32,000 bases of DNA from the NCBI RefSeq assembly GCF_001457595.1, contig NZ_LN831039.1, positions 5,100,001 through 5,132,000 on the forward strand. Direction: 5' to 3'. The notes under the pieces were generated by a model. It was not told the DNA's origin and searched no databases. It worked only from the letters and a program-made list of their open reading frames with translations. Of the stretch, positions 1 to 8,386 are shown piece by piece (position 1 is the stretch's first letter; each line of letters begins with the position of its first letter). Origin of the DNA: Mycolicibacterium smegmatis. Lineage in GTDB: Bacteria > Actinomycetota > Actinomycetes > Mycobacteriales > Mycobacteriaceae. The position numbers and the translations under genes were made by a program.

Positions 1-158
1 TGTCACTGCAGTACCTGGCGCCGGCCCGCGCGACCGATCTCATCGGCGTGGGACACGTGCTGCGCCGCGGACATTCGCTGGTGCACTGCGACGTCGACGT
101 CCTCACCCCCGACGACACACCCGTGGCGAAGGCCGTCGCGACCTACAAGCTCGGGTGA
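1..158 (+). CDS. Hotdog-fold (PaaI-type) thioesterase, C-terminal fragment; 5' end lies outside the window
   Basis: Frame 3 is open from the window edge to TGA at 156-158. The translation ...DLIGVGHVLRRGHSLVHCDVDVLTPDDTPVAKAVATYKLG resembles the C-terminal strands of PaaI/4HBT thioesterases. The short fragment limits certainty. Confidence 0.45.
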   Translation, partial: SLQYLAPARATDLIGVGHVLRRGHSLVHCDVDVLTPDDTPVAKAVATYKLG

Positions 159-246
159 TCACTCGCGAATGTGAAACGTCAGCGAGAAAACTGCCCAAAA
201 ATCGCTGAGGATTCACACTCGCGGAGGAGATTTCGGCCCAGCGAGC

Positions 247-738
247 TCAGAGCGTGACCTCGGCGAGCTTGCCCGTCGCGACGTCGAAGATGAAGCCGCG
301 CAGGGATTCGTGCTTGGTGACGAACGGGCTGGCCTCGATGCGGCGCAGCGACTGCCGGACATCCTCTTCGAGGTCGGTGAACGACTCGGCGGCCCACTCG
401 GGTTTGATGCCGGTCTCGTCCTGGATACTGCGCTTGAACTCGTCGTCGGTGAACGTCAGCATGCCGCAGTCGGTGTGGTGGATGAGGATGATCTCCTTGG
501 TGCCCAGCAGGCGCTGGCTGATGGCCAGGGACCGGATCTCGTCGTCGGTGATCACGCCGCCCGCGTTGCGGATCACGTGGGCCTCACCGTCGCCGAGGCC
601 CAGGATGCGGTAGACGTCGAGCCGGGCGTCCATGCAGGCCACCACCGCCACGTGCTTGCTGGGCGGCAGCGGAAGTGGCCCGCTGAACGTCTTCGCGTAT
701 TCCTCGTTGTTCGCCAGGTACTGATCAGTGACAGACAT
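247..738 (-). CDS. canA: Beta-class carbonic anhydrase (Rv1284 CanA-like, 163 aa)
   Basis: MSVTDQYLANNEEYAKTF... with beta-CA zinc-ligand motifs (VVACMDARL, HHTDCGM). I chose the ATG at 738, which gives the MSVTDQY N-terminus typical of mycobacterial CanA, over the TTG at 786 used by the ORF track. Confidence 0.9.
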   Translation of the reverse strand: MSVTDQYLANNEEYAKTFSGPLPLPPSKHVAVVACMDARLDVYRILGLGDGEAHVIRNAGGVITDDEIRSLAISQRLLGTKEIILIHHTDCGMLTFTDDEFKRSIQDETGIKPEWAAESFTDLEEDVRQSLRRIEASPFVTKHESLRGFIFDVATGKLAEVTL

Positions 739-782
739 GTGCGGCAGGCTAGGCCATACTCCGTTTTCGTCACGCATCTGGA

Positions 783-2687
783 TCAACGGGATTGCAAGTC
801 GTACACCGTGACCCCGCCGACCTCGGTCTTGGGGAAGTTCTCCTTGACCCAGTTGGTGATGTCTCCGGCGCTGCCGTGGCGGAAGCCACCGGGGCCGCGC
901 CTGCCCTCGGCGGGTGCGAGGAAGTACCGGACGTCTCCGCGTTCGACGTACTGCTGGAACTGTTCGAGGGTCGGTGAATCGTCTGCGCCCATGAACCCAC
1001 CGATCGCCATGAGCGACTCACCGGTCTTGAGTTCCAGGTCACTGACCATCCACGAGCCCACACTCGCTGCCGCCCACCGGTTGTCGGTGTCGGAGATCAG
1101 CTCGCGAAGCGCCGTGTCGTCGTCTCGTTCGCCGCGGTGCGGCCCTCCGAACCCGAAACCGCCTCCGCGCTGCGGGCCCGCCATGGGGAGCGGCCCGCCG
1201 CTCTGCCCGTTGGCCACGGTCTCCACCGAGTACGCCAGCGTCGAACCCAGGCCCAGCACCACCGCCGCCAACGCCAGCGCCGCGGTGACCTGACCCGGCC
1301 GGTGTGCGCGCAGCGCGAGCAGCACCGCGACGACGACCGATCCGATCAGCACGACCCACCGCAGGGCGGGCCACCAGTCGGGCGTGCGGTTCAGCAGCAC
1401 GAACGCCCACACCCCGGTCAGGCCCATCATGGCGGCCAGCAGCAGCCGGATGCCGACGTGAGAACGCCTGCGCCACAACTCGACCACCGAGATGCCCGCG
1501 AGCGCCGCGACGGCCGGGGCCAGCGCCACGGTGTAGTACGGGTGGATCGTGCCGTCCATGAAACTGAACACCACACCGGTCACCGCCAGCCAACCGCCCC
1601 ACACCAGCAGACCGGCCCGCGTGGCCGAAGTGCGGACAGTGTGCCGGGTCAGCCACAGCAACACGACCAGACCGATCAGTGCCACCGGCAGCAGCCACGC
1701 GACCTCGGTGCCCAAGGCGTCGTTGAACAACCGGCCGATACCGGGGTCGCCGCTGTGGAAGATGCCTCGCGAGCCGCCCCCACCCGGGCCGGGGCCACCT
1801 CCACCAGGGCCGGGGCCACCGCCGAAGCCGGGACCGCCACCGCGGCCGACAATGCGCTCGATGCCGTTGTAGCCGAACGCCAACTGCAGCAGGCTGTTGT
1901 CGGTCGAACCGGCGATGTACGGCCGCGATCCGGCGGGCCACAGCGCCACCAGGGCCAGATACCACCCGGCCGAAACCGCCATGGCGACACCGCCGGCCAG
2001 CAGTATGCCCACGCGCTTGGCCACCGACGCCACGGGCGCGGCGACCAGGAACGCCAGCGCCAGGCCCGGCACGATCAGAAAAGCCTGCAACATCTTGGTG
2101 AGAAACGCGAAACCCAGTGCGCACCCGCACAGCACGACCCATCCCGTCGCGGCGCGGGCCCCGGACGCACCGATGGCGCGCACCATGAAGTAGGCCGCCA
2201 CCACGAGCAGCAGCACCAGCAACGCATCGGGGTTGTTGTAGCGGAACATCACGGTCGCGACGGGCGTGAGCGCGAGCGCGGTGCCCGCCACCAGACCGGC
2301 CACCGGCCCGCTGGTGCGCCGCACCGTCGCGTACAGCACGGCCACGGCCGCGACGCCCATGAGCGCCTCGGGCAGCAGCGTGGTGAACTCGTTGAACCCG
2401 AACAACCTGCCGGACAGGCCCATCGCCCACATCGCGGCGGGCGGCTTGTCGACGGTGATGGCATTGCCCGCGTCAAGGGAACCGAACAGCCAGGCCTTCC
2501 ACGACTGTGTCGCGGCCTGCGCCGCGGCGGCGTAGTAGCTGTTGGCCCAGCCCTTGGACCCCAGGCCCCACAGGTAGAGCACCGCGGTGCCCACCAGCAT
2601 CGCCCAGTAGGCCGGCCGGATCCAGCGCGCCTGGGGCGCCGGGGTTTCGAGGGCCGCCGACGGGCGGGCCTGTTCGACGGTGGTCAT
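783..2687 (-). CDS. Polytopic GT-C glycosyltransferase, PMT_2/ArnT-like (GT39/GT83-like), paralogue A, 634 aa
   Basis: The N-terminal periplasmic-loop motif is ...GWANSYYAAAAQAATQSW...DAGNAITVDKPPAAMW..., followed by about 10 or more hydrophobic helices and a soluble C-terminal domain ending ...GGVTVYDLQSR. It shows strong similarity to the ORF at 4045-5907. The ATG at 2687 lies 3 nt after the upstream gene's stop. Confidence 0.8.
   Translation of the reverse strand: MTTVEQARPSAALETPAPQARWIRPAYWAMLVGTAVLYLWGLGSKGWANSYYAAAAQAATQSWKAWLFGSLDAGNAITVDKPPAAMWAMGLSGRLFGFNEFTTLLPEALMGVAAVAVLYATVRRTSGPVAGLVAGTALALTPVATVMFRYNNPDALLVLLLVVAAYFMVRAIGASGARAATGWVVLCGCALGFAFLTKMLQAFLIVPGLALAFLVAAPVASVAKRVGILLAGGVAMAVSAGWYLALVALWPAGSRPYIAGSTDNSLLQLAFGYNGIERIVGRGGGPGFGGGPGPGGGGPGPGGGGSRGIFHSGDPGIGRLFNDALGTEVAWLLPVALIGLVVLLWLTRHTVRTSATRAGLLVWGGWLAVTGVVFSFMDGTIHPYYTVALAPAVAALAGISVVELWRRRSHVGIRLLLAAMMGLTGVWAFVLLNRTPDWWPALRWVVLIGSVVVAVLLALRAHRPGQVTAALALAAVVLGLGSTLAYSVETVANGQSGGPLPMAGPQRGGGFGFGGPHRGERDDDTALRELISDTDNRWAAASVGSWMVSDLELKTGESLMAIGGFMGADDSPTLEQFQQYVERGDVRYFLAPAEGRRGPGGFRHGSAGDITNWVKENFPKTEVGGVTVYDLQSR
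1764..1847 (-). repeat. Gly/Pro low-complexity tract inside GT-C paralogue A, with two copies of a 21-bp unit
   Basis: Encodes GRGGGPGFGGGPGPGGGGPGPGGGGSRG. The 14-mer gggccggggccacc occurs at 1786-1799 and 1807-1820, a period of 21 nt or 7 codons (unit PGPGGGG). Paralogue B has a shorter, non-repetitive loop at the same position. Confidence 0.85.
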
Positions 2688-2690
2688 GTT

Positions 2691-3989
2691 TCAGTCCTCG
2701 ATCTGTGACGGGGCTTGTGACGGGCGCCGCGTCCGGGCCGGGTGGAACACCCAGCCGCGCAACAGGACGAAGCGGACGACGGTCGCGATCAGGTTGGCCA
2801 CCACCAGGACACCCAGTTCGACCGCGCGGTGCGGCTGCGGCGTCATGATGTGCAGCAGGTAGAGCGACCCGCTCGTGATGGTGAGCGCGATCCCGAAGAC
2901 CGTCAGGCCCTCGAGGTGGTGACGCGCCACGTTGCCGGTTCCCGCGATGCCGAACGTGAAGCGGCGGTTGGCCGCGGTGTTGCCGATCGCGGTGAGCAGC
3001 AGCGCGATCAGGTTGGCGGCCTGTGCGCCGAGCCCGGCGCGCATGAGCGAGAACAGCAACAGGTAGGCCAGCGTGGACACCACACCGATGGCGCCGAACC
3101 GCACGACCTGACGCAGCAGCGATCCCGGTGGCGCGGTGTGGCGCGTGGAACCGAGTTGCGCGGCGATGGTGTTGACGGGGATGGATCCGTTGGCGAAACC
3201 ACGCAGCAGCCGGCCGATGCCCTTGAGGTCGGCGGCCGCGGTGGCGACGATGTCCACCCGGCTGTCCGGATCGTCGACCCAGTCGACGGGCACCTCGTGG
3301 ATGCGCAGACCGCTGCGCTCGGCGAGCACCAGCAGTTCGGTGTCGAAGAACCACCCGGTGTCGACGACATGCGGCAGCAGGCTCTTGGCCACGTCGGCCC
3401 GGATCGCCTTGAACCCGCACTGCGCATCCGAGAATTTCGCGGCCAGAGTGGATTTCAGGATCAGGTTGTAGCAGCGCGAGATGAACTCGCGCTTGGCGCC
3501 GCGGATCACGCGCGAACCGCGGCCCAGCCGCGTGCCGATCGCGAGATCGGAGTGACCCGAGATCAACGGCGCCACAAGCGGTGCGAGCGCCGCGAGATCG
3601 GTGGACAGGTCGACGTCCATGTACGCCAGCACCGGGGCGTCCGACGTCGACCACACGGCGTGCAGCGCACGGCCGCGGCCCTTCTCCTCCAGTCGCACGA
3701 CCCGCACGCCGGGCAGTTCCTCGGCCAGGCGCGCCGCGATCTGCGGCGTGGCGTCGGTGCTCGCGTTGTCGGCGATCGTGATGCGCGTCGGCAGCGCGAA
3801 GTTCTCCTGCAGGTAGCCGTGCAACCGCCGTACCGAATGCGCCAGTGCGGCCTGCTCGTTGAACACCGGCACCACCACGTCGAGCACCGGAACCCCGGCG
3901 GCGCGGGCGACCTGTGCGGCATTGGGGCGCGAGGCGAACCGGAACCGCTGCTCCACCGGTGTCTCGGGATCTACGGCCAACTCTGTCAT
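2691..3989 (-). CDS. Bifunctional GT2 polyprenyl-phosphate glycosyltransferase fused to a C-terminal GtrA-like membrane domain (432 aa)
   Basis: GT2 motifs are present: VVVPVFNEQ, ADNASTD, YMDVDLSTD, QCGFK. The C-terminal roughly 130 aa have four hydrophobic helices and GtrA-type ends (LRQVVRFGAIGVVSTLAYLLLF ... VVRFVLLRGWVF). I chose the ATG at 3989 (MTELAVD) because GGAG lies 5 nt upstream. The track start at 4061 would overlap the upstream gene. Confidence 0.85.
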   Translation of the reverse strand: MTELAVDPETPVEQRFRFASRPNAAQVARAAGVPVLDVVVPVFNEQAALAHSVRRLHGYLQENFALPTRITIADNASTDATPQIAARLAEELPGVRVVRLEEKGRGRALHAVWSTSDAPVLAYMDVDLSTDLAALAPLVAPLISGHSDLAIGTRLGRGSRVIRGAKREFISRCYNLILKSTLAAKFSDAQCGFKAIRADVAKSLLPHVVDTGWFFDTELLVLAERSGLRIHEVPVDWVDDPDSRVDIVATAAADLKGIGRLLRGFANGSIPVNTIAAQLGSTRHTAPPGSLLRQVVRFGAIGVVSTLAYLLLFSLMRAGLGAQAANLIALLLTAIGNTAANRRFTFGIAGTGNVARHHLEGLTVFGIALTITSGSLYLLHIMTPQPHRAVELGVLVVANLIATVVRFVLLRGWVFHPARTRRPSQAPSQIED

Positions 3990-4044
3990 GTCTCCAGATT
4001 TCTGCCGCGGGTTGTGCGGCGCGTGGGGCGAAGCTATGTGCCGG

Positions 4045-5907
4045 CTATGAGTTCGGCGCACGCTGCGTCAGGTCGTAGATGGTGACGTTGTCGATCGTGA
4101 TGGGCGTGAAGTGGGCCTGCACCCACCGCGCGATCTCGGCTGCCTCCTGGCTGCCGGTGGGCGTGTGCCCGGGCCGGGCCCCCATGATGCGGCTGCGGAT
4201 GAAGTAGTGGATCTGCCGTCCGGCCACCAGCTCCTCGAACTCGGCGAGGGTGGGCGCCGGATCGGTGCCGTTGAAGCCGCCGACGGCCATGACCGGTGCA
4301 CCGGTGGCCAACTGGTAACCCGCGGCGTTGCTCGATCCCACGACCGCGGCGGCCCATGTGTAGTTGTCGGCGTCGGCGGCCAGCGTCGCGGTCAGTGCCT
4401 CCCCCGGCGTCGGCGCCGAGAACGGGCCACCGCCGAATCCGCGGGACGGGCCGACCGACGGTATGGCCCCGGTGTGCGGCGCGGCAGCGGTGGCCACGGC
4501 GTACGCGCCCGGTCCGGCGAGGCAGATCAGTACGGTCAGCGCCGCGAGCGGTCGCACCAGACGCGTGTGGACGAGATCGACCACGAGCAGCAGTACCGCG
4601 ACGGCCACGCCCACCACCGCGACCGTGGCACGCAGCCACGGCATCGGGTCGTTGTGGCGCGCCAGCAGCACCGCGGCCAGGATCACGGTCACAGCCACCG
4701 CGGCCGCCATCGCGGTCGCGACACGAATGTCGTTGCGGTGGCGCCACATCGACGTCGCACCGATGCCGATCACGGCGCCGATCGCCGGCGCGAGCGCGAC
4801 CGTGTAGTACGGATGCACGATGCCGTTCATGTAGCTGAACACCACCGCGGTCACCACAAGCCAACCGCCCCAGATGATCAACGCCGCGCGTATGCGGTCG
4901 GTGCGTGGCGCGCGGCGCGTGACGATCAGGCCGGCCACCAGGCACACCAGCGCCGCGGGCAGCAGCCATGCGATGTCGGCGCCCATCTGCCAGCCGAACA
5001 ACCGGCCCGCACCGACGTCGAAGTTGGAGTTGCCCAGCCCGCCGACCTCGGCACCGGTGAGCCGGCCGAAACCGTTGTAGCCCAGCGCCAGTTCGACGAT
5101 GCTGTTGTTCTGAGATCCGCCGATGTAGGGCCGAGAGGCGGCCGGCCACAGTTCGACGAGCACCAGATACCAGCCGCCGCTGACCACCATGGCCGTCCCG
5201 GCCGCGGCGAGGTCGGCGATGCGCGCGCGCAGCGGGCGGTCACCCGCGAGAAGCGCCGCGGCGCAGAACGCCGGCAGGACCAGGAACGCCTGCAACATCT
5301 TGGCGAGGAACCCGAACCCCACCGCGGCGCCCGCGGCGACGAACCACCAACGGGAGGCGTCTTTCTCGATGCCGCGCTGTACGCAGTACGCGGCCACCAC
5401 GAGCAACAGGACCAGCAGGGCATCGGGGTTGTTGAACCGGAAGATCAGCGCGGCCACGGGTGTGAGCGCCAGCACGGCACCAGCCAGCACGGCCGCGTGC
5501 CAACCCGCGGCGCGGCGCACCGCGGCGTAGAGCACCGCGACGGCGGCGATGCCTTCGAGCGCCTGCGGTAGCAGCACGCTCCACGAACTCAGGCCGAACA
5601 ACCGCACCGACAGGTCGATCACCCACAGCGCGGCGGGGGTCTTGTCGACCGTGATCGCGTTGGCCGGGTCGCTCGACCCGAACAGCATCGCGATCCAGTC
5701 ACTGGCGCCGGCCTGGGCCGCGGCGGAGTAGAACGGGTTGGCCCATCCGCTGATCGACAGGTTCCACAGGTACAGCAGTGCCGTCCCGGCCAGCAGCAGG
5801 GGCAGCGCGACGCGTTCGGCCCGGGACCGTGGCCGCACGGATTCAGACGTGCGGGAATCAGGTGCCTCGACCTCGGCGCGTGCGGGATCGCGGGCAACCA
5901 GTGTCAC
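4045..5907 (-). CDS. Polytopic GT-C glycosyltransferase, PMT_2/ArnT-like, paralogue B (about 620 aa)
   Basis: ...GWANPFYSAAAQAGASDW...DPANAITVDKTPAALW...FRFNNPDALLVLLLVVAAY... is colinear with paralogue A, including the C-terminal domain (...IDNVTIYDLTQR). GTG at 5907 follows GAGGA at 6-nt spacing; TTG at 5910 is an alternative start. Confidence 0.8.
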   Translation of the reverse strand: MTLVARDPARAEVEAPDSRTSESVRPRSRAERVALPLLLAGTALLYLWNLSISGWANPFYSAAAQAGASDWIAMLFGSSDPANAITVDKTPAALWVIDLSVRLFGLSSWSVLLPQALEGIAAVAVLYAAVRRAAGWHAAVLAGAVLALTPVAALIFRFNNPDALLVLLLVVAAYCVQRGIEKDASRWWFVAAGAAVGFGFLAKMLQAFLVLPAFCAAALLAGDRPLRARIADLAAAGTAMVVSGGWYLVLVELWPAASRPYIGGSQNNSIVELALGYNGFGRLTGAEVGGLGNSNFDVGAGRLFGWQMGADIAWLLPAALVCLVAGLIVTRRAPRTDRIRAALIIWGGWLVVTAVVFSYMNGIVHPYYTVALAPAIGAVIGIGATSMWRHRNDIRVATAMAAAVAVTVILAAVLLARHNDPMPWLRATVAVVGVAVAVLLLVVDLVHTRLVRPLAALTVLICLAGPGAYAVATAAAPHTGAIPSVGPSRGFGGGPFSAPTPGEALTATLAADADNYTWAAAVVGSSNAAGYQLATGAPVMAVGGFNGTDPAPTLAEFEELVAGRQIHYFIRSRIMGARPGHTPTGSQEAAEIARWVQAHFTPITIDNVTIYDLTQRAPNS

Positions 5908-5958
5908 CAAGTCATCCTCGCGGCGGCAGCTAGGTGTCTCATTGGCCCGCCCTGTGGG

Positions 5959-7542
5959 TCAGCTGTGAGCTGCGCCGGGAAGCCGTACGACGAACCGCGT
6001 CTCACCGGGCCGACTGGTGACGTCGATGACGCCGCCGTGGGCCTTGACCACGGCCGCGACGATCGCGAGACCCAGGCCCGTGCTGCCCTCGCGGCGTGAG
6101 CGCGACGAGTCGCCGCGCGCGAACCGTTCGAACACGTCAGGCAGCAGTTCCGGCGCGATACCGGGTCCGTCGTCGGTGACCGCGACGGTGACCCAGCCCT
6201 CGGCGTCGGCGCTGAGCGCCACGGTGACCGACGTGCCGGGCGGGGTGTGGGTGCGCGCGTTGGCCAGCAGGTTCGCCATGACCTGGTGCAGACGCGCCTC
6301 GTCACCGTCGATCACCACGGCATCCTCGGGCAGGTCGAGCGACCACTTGTGCTGCGGACCGGCGACATGTGCGTCGCTGACGGTGTCGACGACCAACCGG
6401 GACAGCTCGACCCGGTCGCGCTCCAGCGGACGGCCCGCGTCCAGGCGCGCGAGCAGCAGCATGTCCTCGACGAGTTGTGTCATGCGGGACGTCTCGGATT
6501 CGACTCGGCTCATCGCATGCGCGACGTCGTCGGGCAGTTCGCCGCGTTTGCGTTGTGCGAGTTCGGTGTAGCCGCGGATCGCGGCGAGCGGGGTGCGCAG
6601 TTCGTGGCTCGCGTCGGCGACGAACTGGCGCACGCGCGTCTCGCTGGCGTGGCGGGCCGACAGCGCGCTGGCGATGCGGTCGAGCATGCGGTTGAGCGAC
6701 GTGCCGAGCTGGCCGACCTCGGTGTGGGCGACCGCGGGGTCCACCGGCACGATCGGCGTCGGCAACCGCACCTCGCCGCGTTCGAGCTCGAGATCGGCGA
6801 CCTCCCGCGCGGTCGCGGAAACCCTTGCCAGCGGCGCGAACTGACGTCTGATGAGCAGCGTGCCCGCGGTGATCGCGGCGATCAGCGCGACCGCGGCGAT
6901 CACGCAGAACATGCCGAGCACCCACAGCAGCGTGTCGTCGACCACCGAGTTGGGCAGTCCGGTGACGATGGTCTGCGGACCGCCGTGGCGCGGATGCAGG
7001 CCGATGAGGCGGTAGCGTCCGAGGCCGTCGAGGTCGATGGTCTGCGGTTCACGCGTCGCGGGGATCGCGGCCAACTGCCGGGCCGCCGCGGCGCTGACCT
7101 CCTGCCGGTCGCCGTCGGAGGTGATCACGCCTGCGTCGACCGAGCCGTCCGGTGAGACCACGGCACCCACGGTGCGGGCCGCCTGCCCGGGGGCGTTGAG
7201 AAAGCCCGGACCAGGGCCCTGCTCAGGGTCGAACACGCGCAGGTGCCGACCGGGCGGGCCCATCCCCGGCGGGAATAACGGCAGGAAACCTCTTGGTGGT
7301 GGCGGCAATTCGTAGATGGCCGCCGAGCGTCTGCCCGCCTCGAGCAGCTGTTCGTCGAGCTGGTGCATCAGGAAGCGTTGCAACGCGAACTCGGTCGCCA
7401 GGCCGATGCTCAAGCACACCACGGCGAGCAGCGCGACCTGGGTGCCGACGAGCCTGGCACGCAACGGCCAGGTGCGCGGCGACCACCACCGGGTTCCGCC
7501 GACGGCCGCTCGCGGTGCGTCAGCGCGGGGGACGAAGAACAT
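5959..7542 (-). CDS. Sensor histidine kinase (two TM segments flanking a roughly 170-aa extracytoplasmic domain, then HAMP, HisKA, HATPase_c)
   Basis: H-box FVADASHELRTPLAAIRGY. N, G1 and G2 boxes are present (MANLLANARTHT, DDGPGI, GSTGLGLAIV). The hydrophobic segments are LLAVVCLSIGLATEFAL and LLWVLGMFCVIAAVALIAAITAG. The ATG at 7542 overlaps the 3' end of the regulator gene by 23 nt; GTG at 7551 is an alternative. Confidence 0.9.
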   Translation of the reverse strand: MFFVPRADAPRAAVGGTRWWSPRTWPLRARLVGTQVALLAVVCLSIGLATEFALQRFLMHQLDEQLLEAGRRSAAIYELPPPPRGFLPLFPPGMGPPGRHLRVFDPEQGPGPGFLNAPGQAARTVGAVVSPDGSVDAGVITSDGDRQEVSAAAARQLAAIPATREPQTIDLDGLGRYRLIGLHPRHGGPQTIVTGLPNSVVDDTLLWVLGMFCVIAAVALIAAITAGTLLIRRQFAPLARVSATAREVADLELERGEVRLPTPIVPVDPAVAHTEVGQLGTSLNRMLDRIASALSARHASETRVRQFVADASHELRTPLAAIRGYTELAQRKRGELPDDVAHAMSRVESETSRMTQLVEDMLLLARLDAGRPLERDRVELSRLVVDTVSDAHVAGPQHKWSLDLPEDAVVIDGDEARLHQVMANLLANARTHTPPGTSVTVALSADAEGWVTVAVTDDGPGIAPELLPDVFERFARGDSSRSRREGSTGLGLAIVAAVVKAHGGVIDVTSRPGETRFVVRLPGAAHS

Positions 7543-8269
7543 ATCCCGCACCGCGCAGCGTGTGGATCATGGGTTCGCGCCCGCTGTCGATCTTCTTACG
7601 CAGATACGAGACGTACAGTTCGACGATGTTGGAGCGGCCACCGAAGTCATAGCTCCACACCCGGTCGAGGATCTGGGCCTTGCTCAGCACGCGCTTGGCG
7701 TTGCGCATCATGAAGCGCAGCAGTTCGAACTCGGTGGCGGTCAACGCGATCGGATCGCCTCCGCGCGTCACCTCGTGGCTGTCCTCGTCGAGCACCAGAT
7801 CTCCGACGACAATCTTGGCGCCGCCGTCCTCACTGGTCACGCCGGTGCGGCGCAGCAGCGCCCGCAGCCGCAGCACGACCTCTTCGAGGCTGAACGGCTT
7901 GGTGACGTAGTCGTCGCCGCCCGCGGTCAGACCCGCGATGCGGTCCTCCACGGAATCCTTGGCGGTGAGCAGCAGAAGCGGCAGCCCCGGGATCTGCTCG
8001 CGCAGCTTGCGCAACACGTCCAGGCCGCTCATGTCGGGCAGCATGACGTCGAGCACCACGACGTCCGGCGGCGTCTCCCGCGCCGCCGCGATCGCACTCG
8101 CACCGTCGCCCGCGGTGGTGATGTCCCAGCCCTCGTACCGCAGCGCCATGGACACCAGTTCGGCGAGCACGGGTTCGTCGTCGACGACCAGCACCCGGAT
8201 CGGGTTGCCGTCGGCCCGACGCATCACTGCCCGCCCGGTCTCGATCTCGGTGCCGTTCGCCGTTCCCAT
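7520..8269 (-). CDS. OmpR/PhoB-family response regulator
   Basis: The receiver domain has VLVVDDEP, DVVVLDVMLPDMSG and LLLTAKD. The winged-helix output domain has LTATEFELLRFMM...IHTLRGAGYVL. The start is either the ATG at 8269 (MGTANG...) or the ATG at 8224 (MRRADG...). Confidence 0.92.
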   Translation of the reverse strand: MGTANGTEIETGRAVMRRADGNPIRVLVVDDEPVLAELVSMALRYEGWDITTAGDGASAIAAARETPPDVVVLDVMLPDMSGLDVLRKLREQIPGLPLLLLTAKDSVEDRIAGLTAGGDDYVTKPFSLEEVVLRLRALLRRTGVTSEDGGAKIVVGDLVLDEDSHEVTRGGDPIALTATEFELLRFMMRNAKRVLSKAQILDRVWSYDFGGRSNIVELYVSYLRKKIDSGREPMIHTLRGAGYVLRPPR

Positions 8270-8327
8270 TGCACCTATTATTCGCGCGCCCTATGGGGCA
8301 AAACTGTGCGCTTTCTATGTCCCGGCT

Positions 8328-8346
8328 GTGAAACTGCAGGTGCGGT
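8328..8346. promoter_or_regulatory. Direct-repeat element GTGAAAC-TGCAG-GTGCGGT in the regulator / secreted-protein divergent region
   Basis: Read from the sequence. In the first 15 nt it differs at only two positions from the element at 9803-9821 (GTGAAGC-TCCAG-GTGAAAC). A protein-binding function is inferred only. Confidence 0.35.
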
Positions 8347-8386
8347 ACACAGGTCGCTCATAGTCCGCGGTTGCATCCTTGTGGAC

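Noticed and set aside
179-208. TCAGCGA-N16-TCGCTGA inverted repeat between the convergent thioesterase and canA genes, as a possible bidirectional terminator.
   Set aside because: The stem is only 7 bp with a 16-nt A-rich loop and no flanking U-tract. That is too weak to call without 3'-end mapping.
739-786. An upstream TTG start (786, TTGA overlap with the GT-C stop) or the ATG at 777 for canA.
   Set aside because: The MSVTDQY... start at 738 gives the 163-aa length and N-terminus I recall for mycobacterial CanA. The extension adds a non-conserved leader. It remains possible, but I consider it less likely.
1764-1847. The Gly/Pro-rich tract as a PE_PGRS/PPE-type gene or an independent repeat element.
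   Set aside because: It is in frame within a loop of the GT-C transferase. There is no PE or PPE N-terminal domain and there are no further repeat copies elsewhere in the window.
1137-2708. Long plus-strand ORF (523 aa) antisense to GT-C paralogue A. Similar long alternative-frame ORFs lie at 1039-2430, 2742-4085, 4111-5571, 12111-13730, 13731-14711, 15410-16729, 19607-21358 and 20031-21728.
   Set aside because: Their translations are Arg/Pro/Gly/His-rich low-complexity sequence with no recognisable domains. Each lies opposite or out of frame to an ORF with clear family motifs. This is the expected stop-codon-poor artefact of a high-GC genome.
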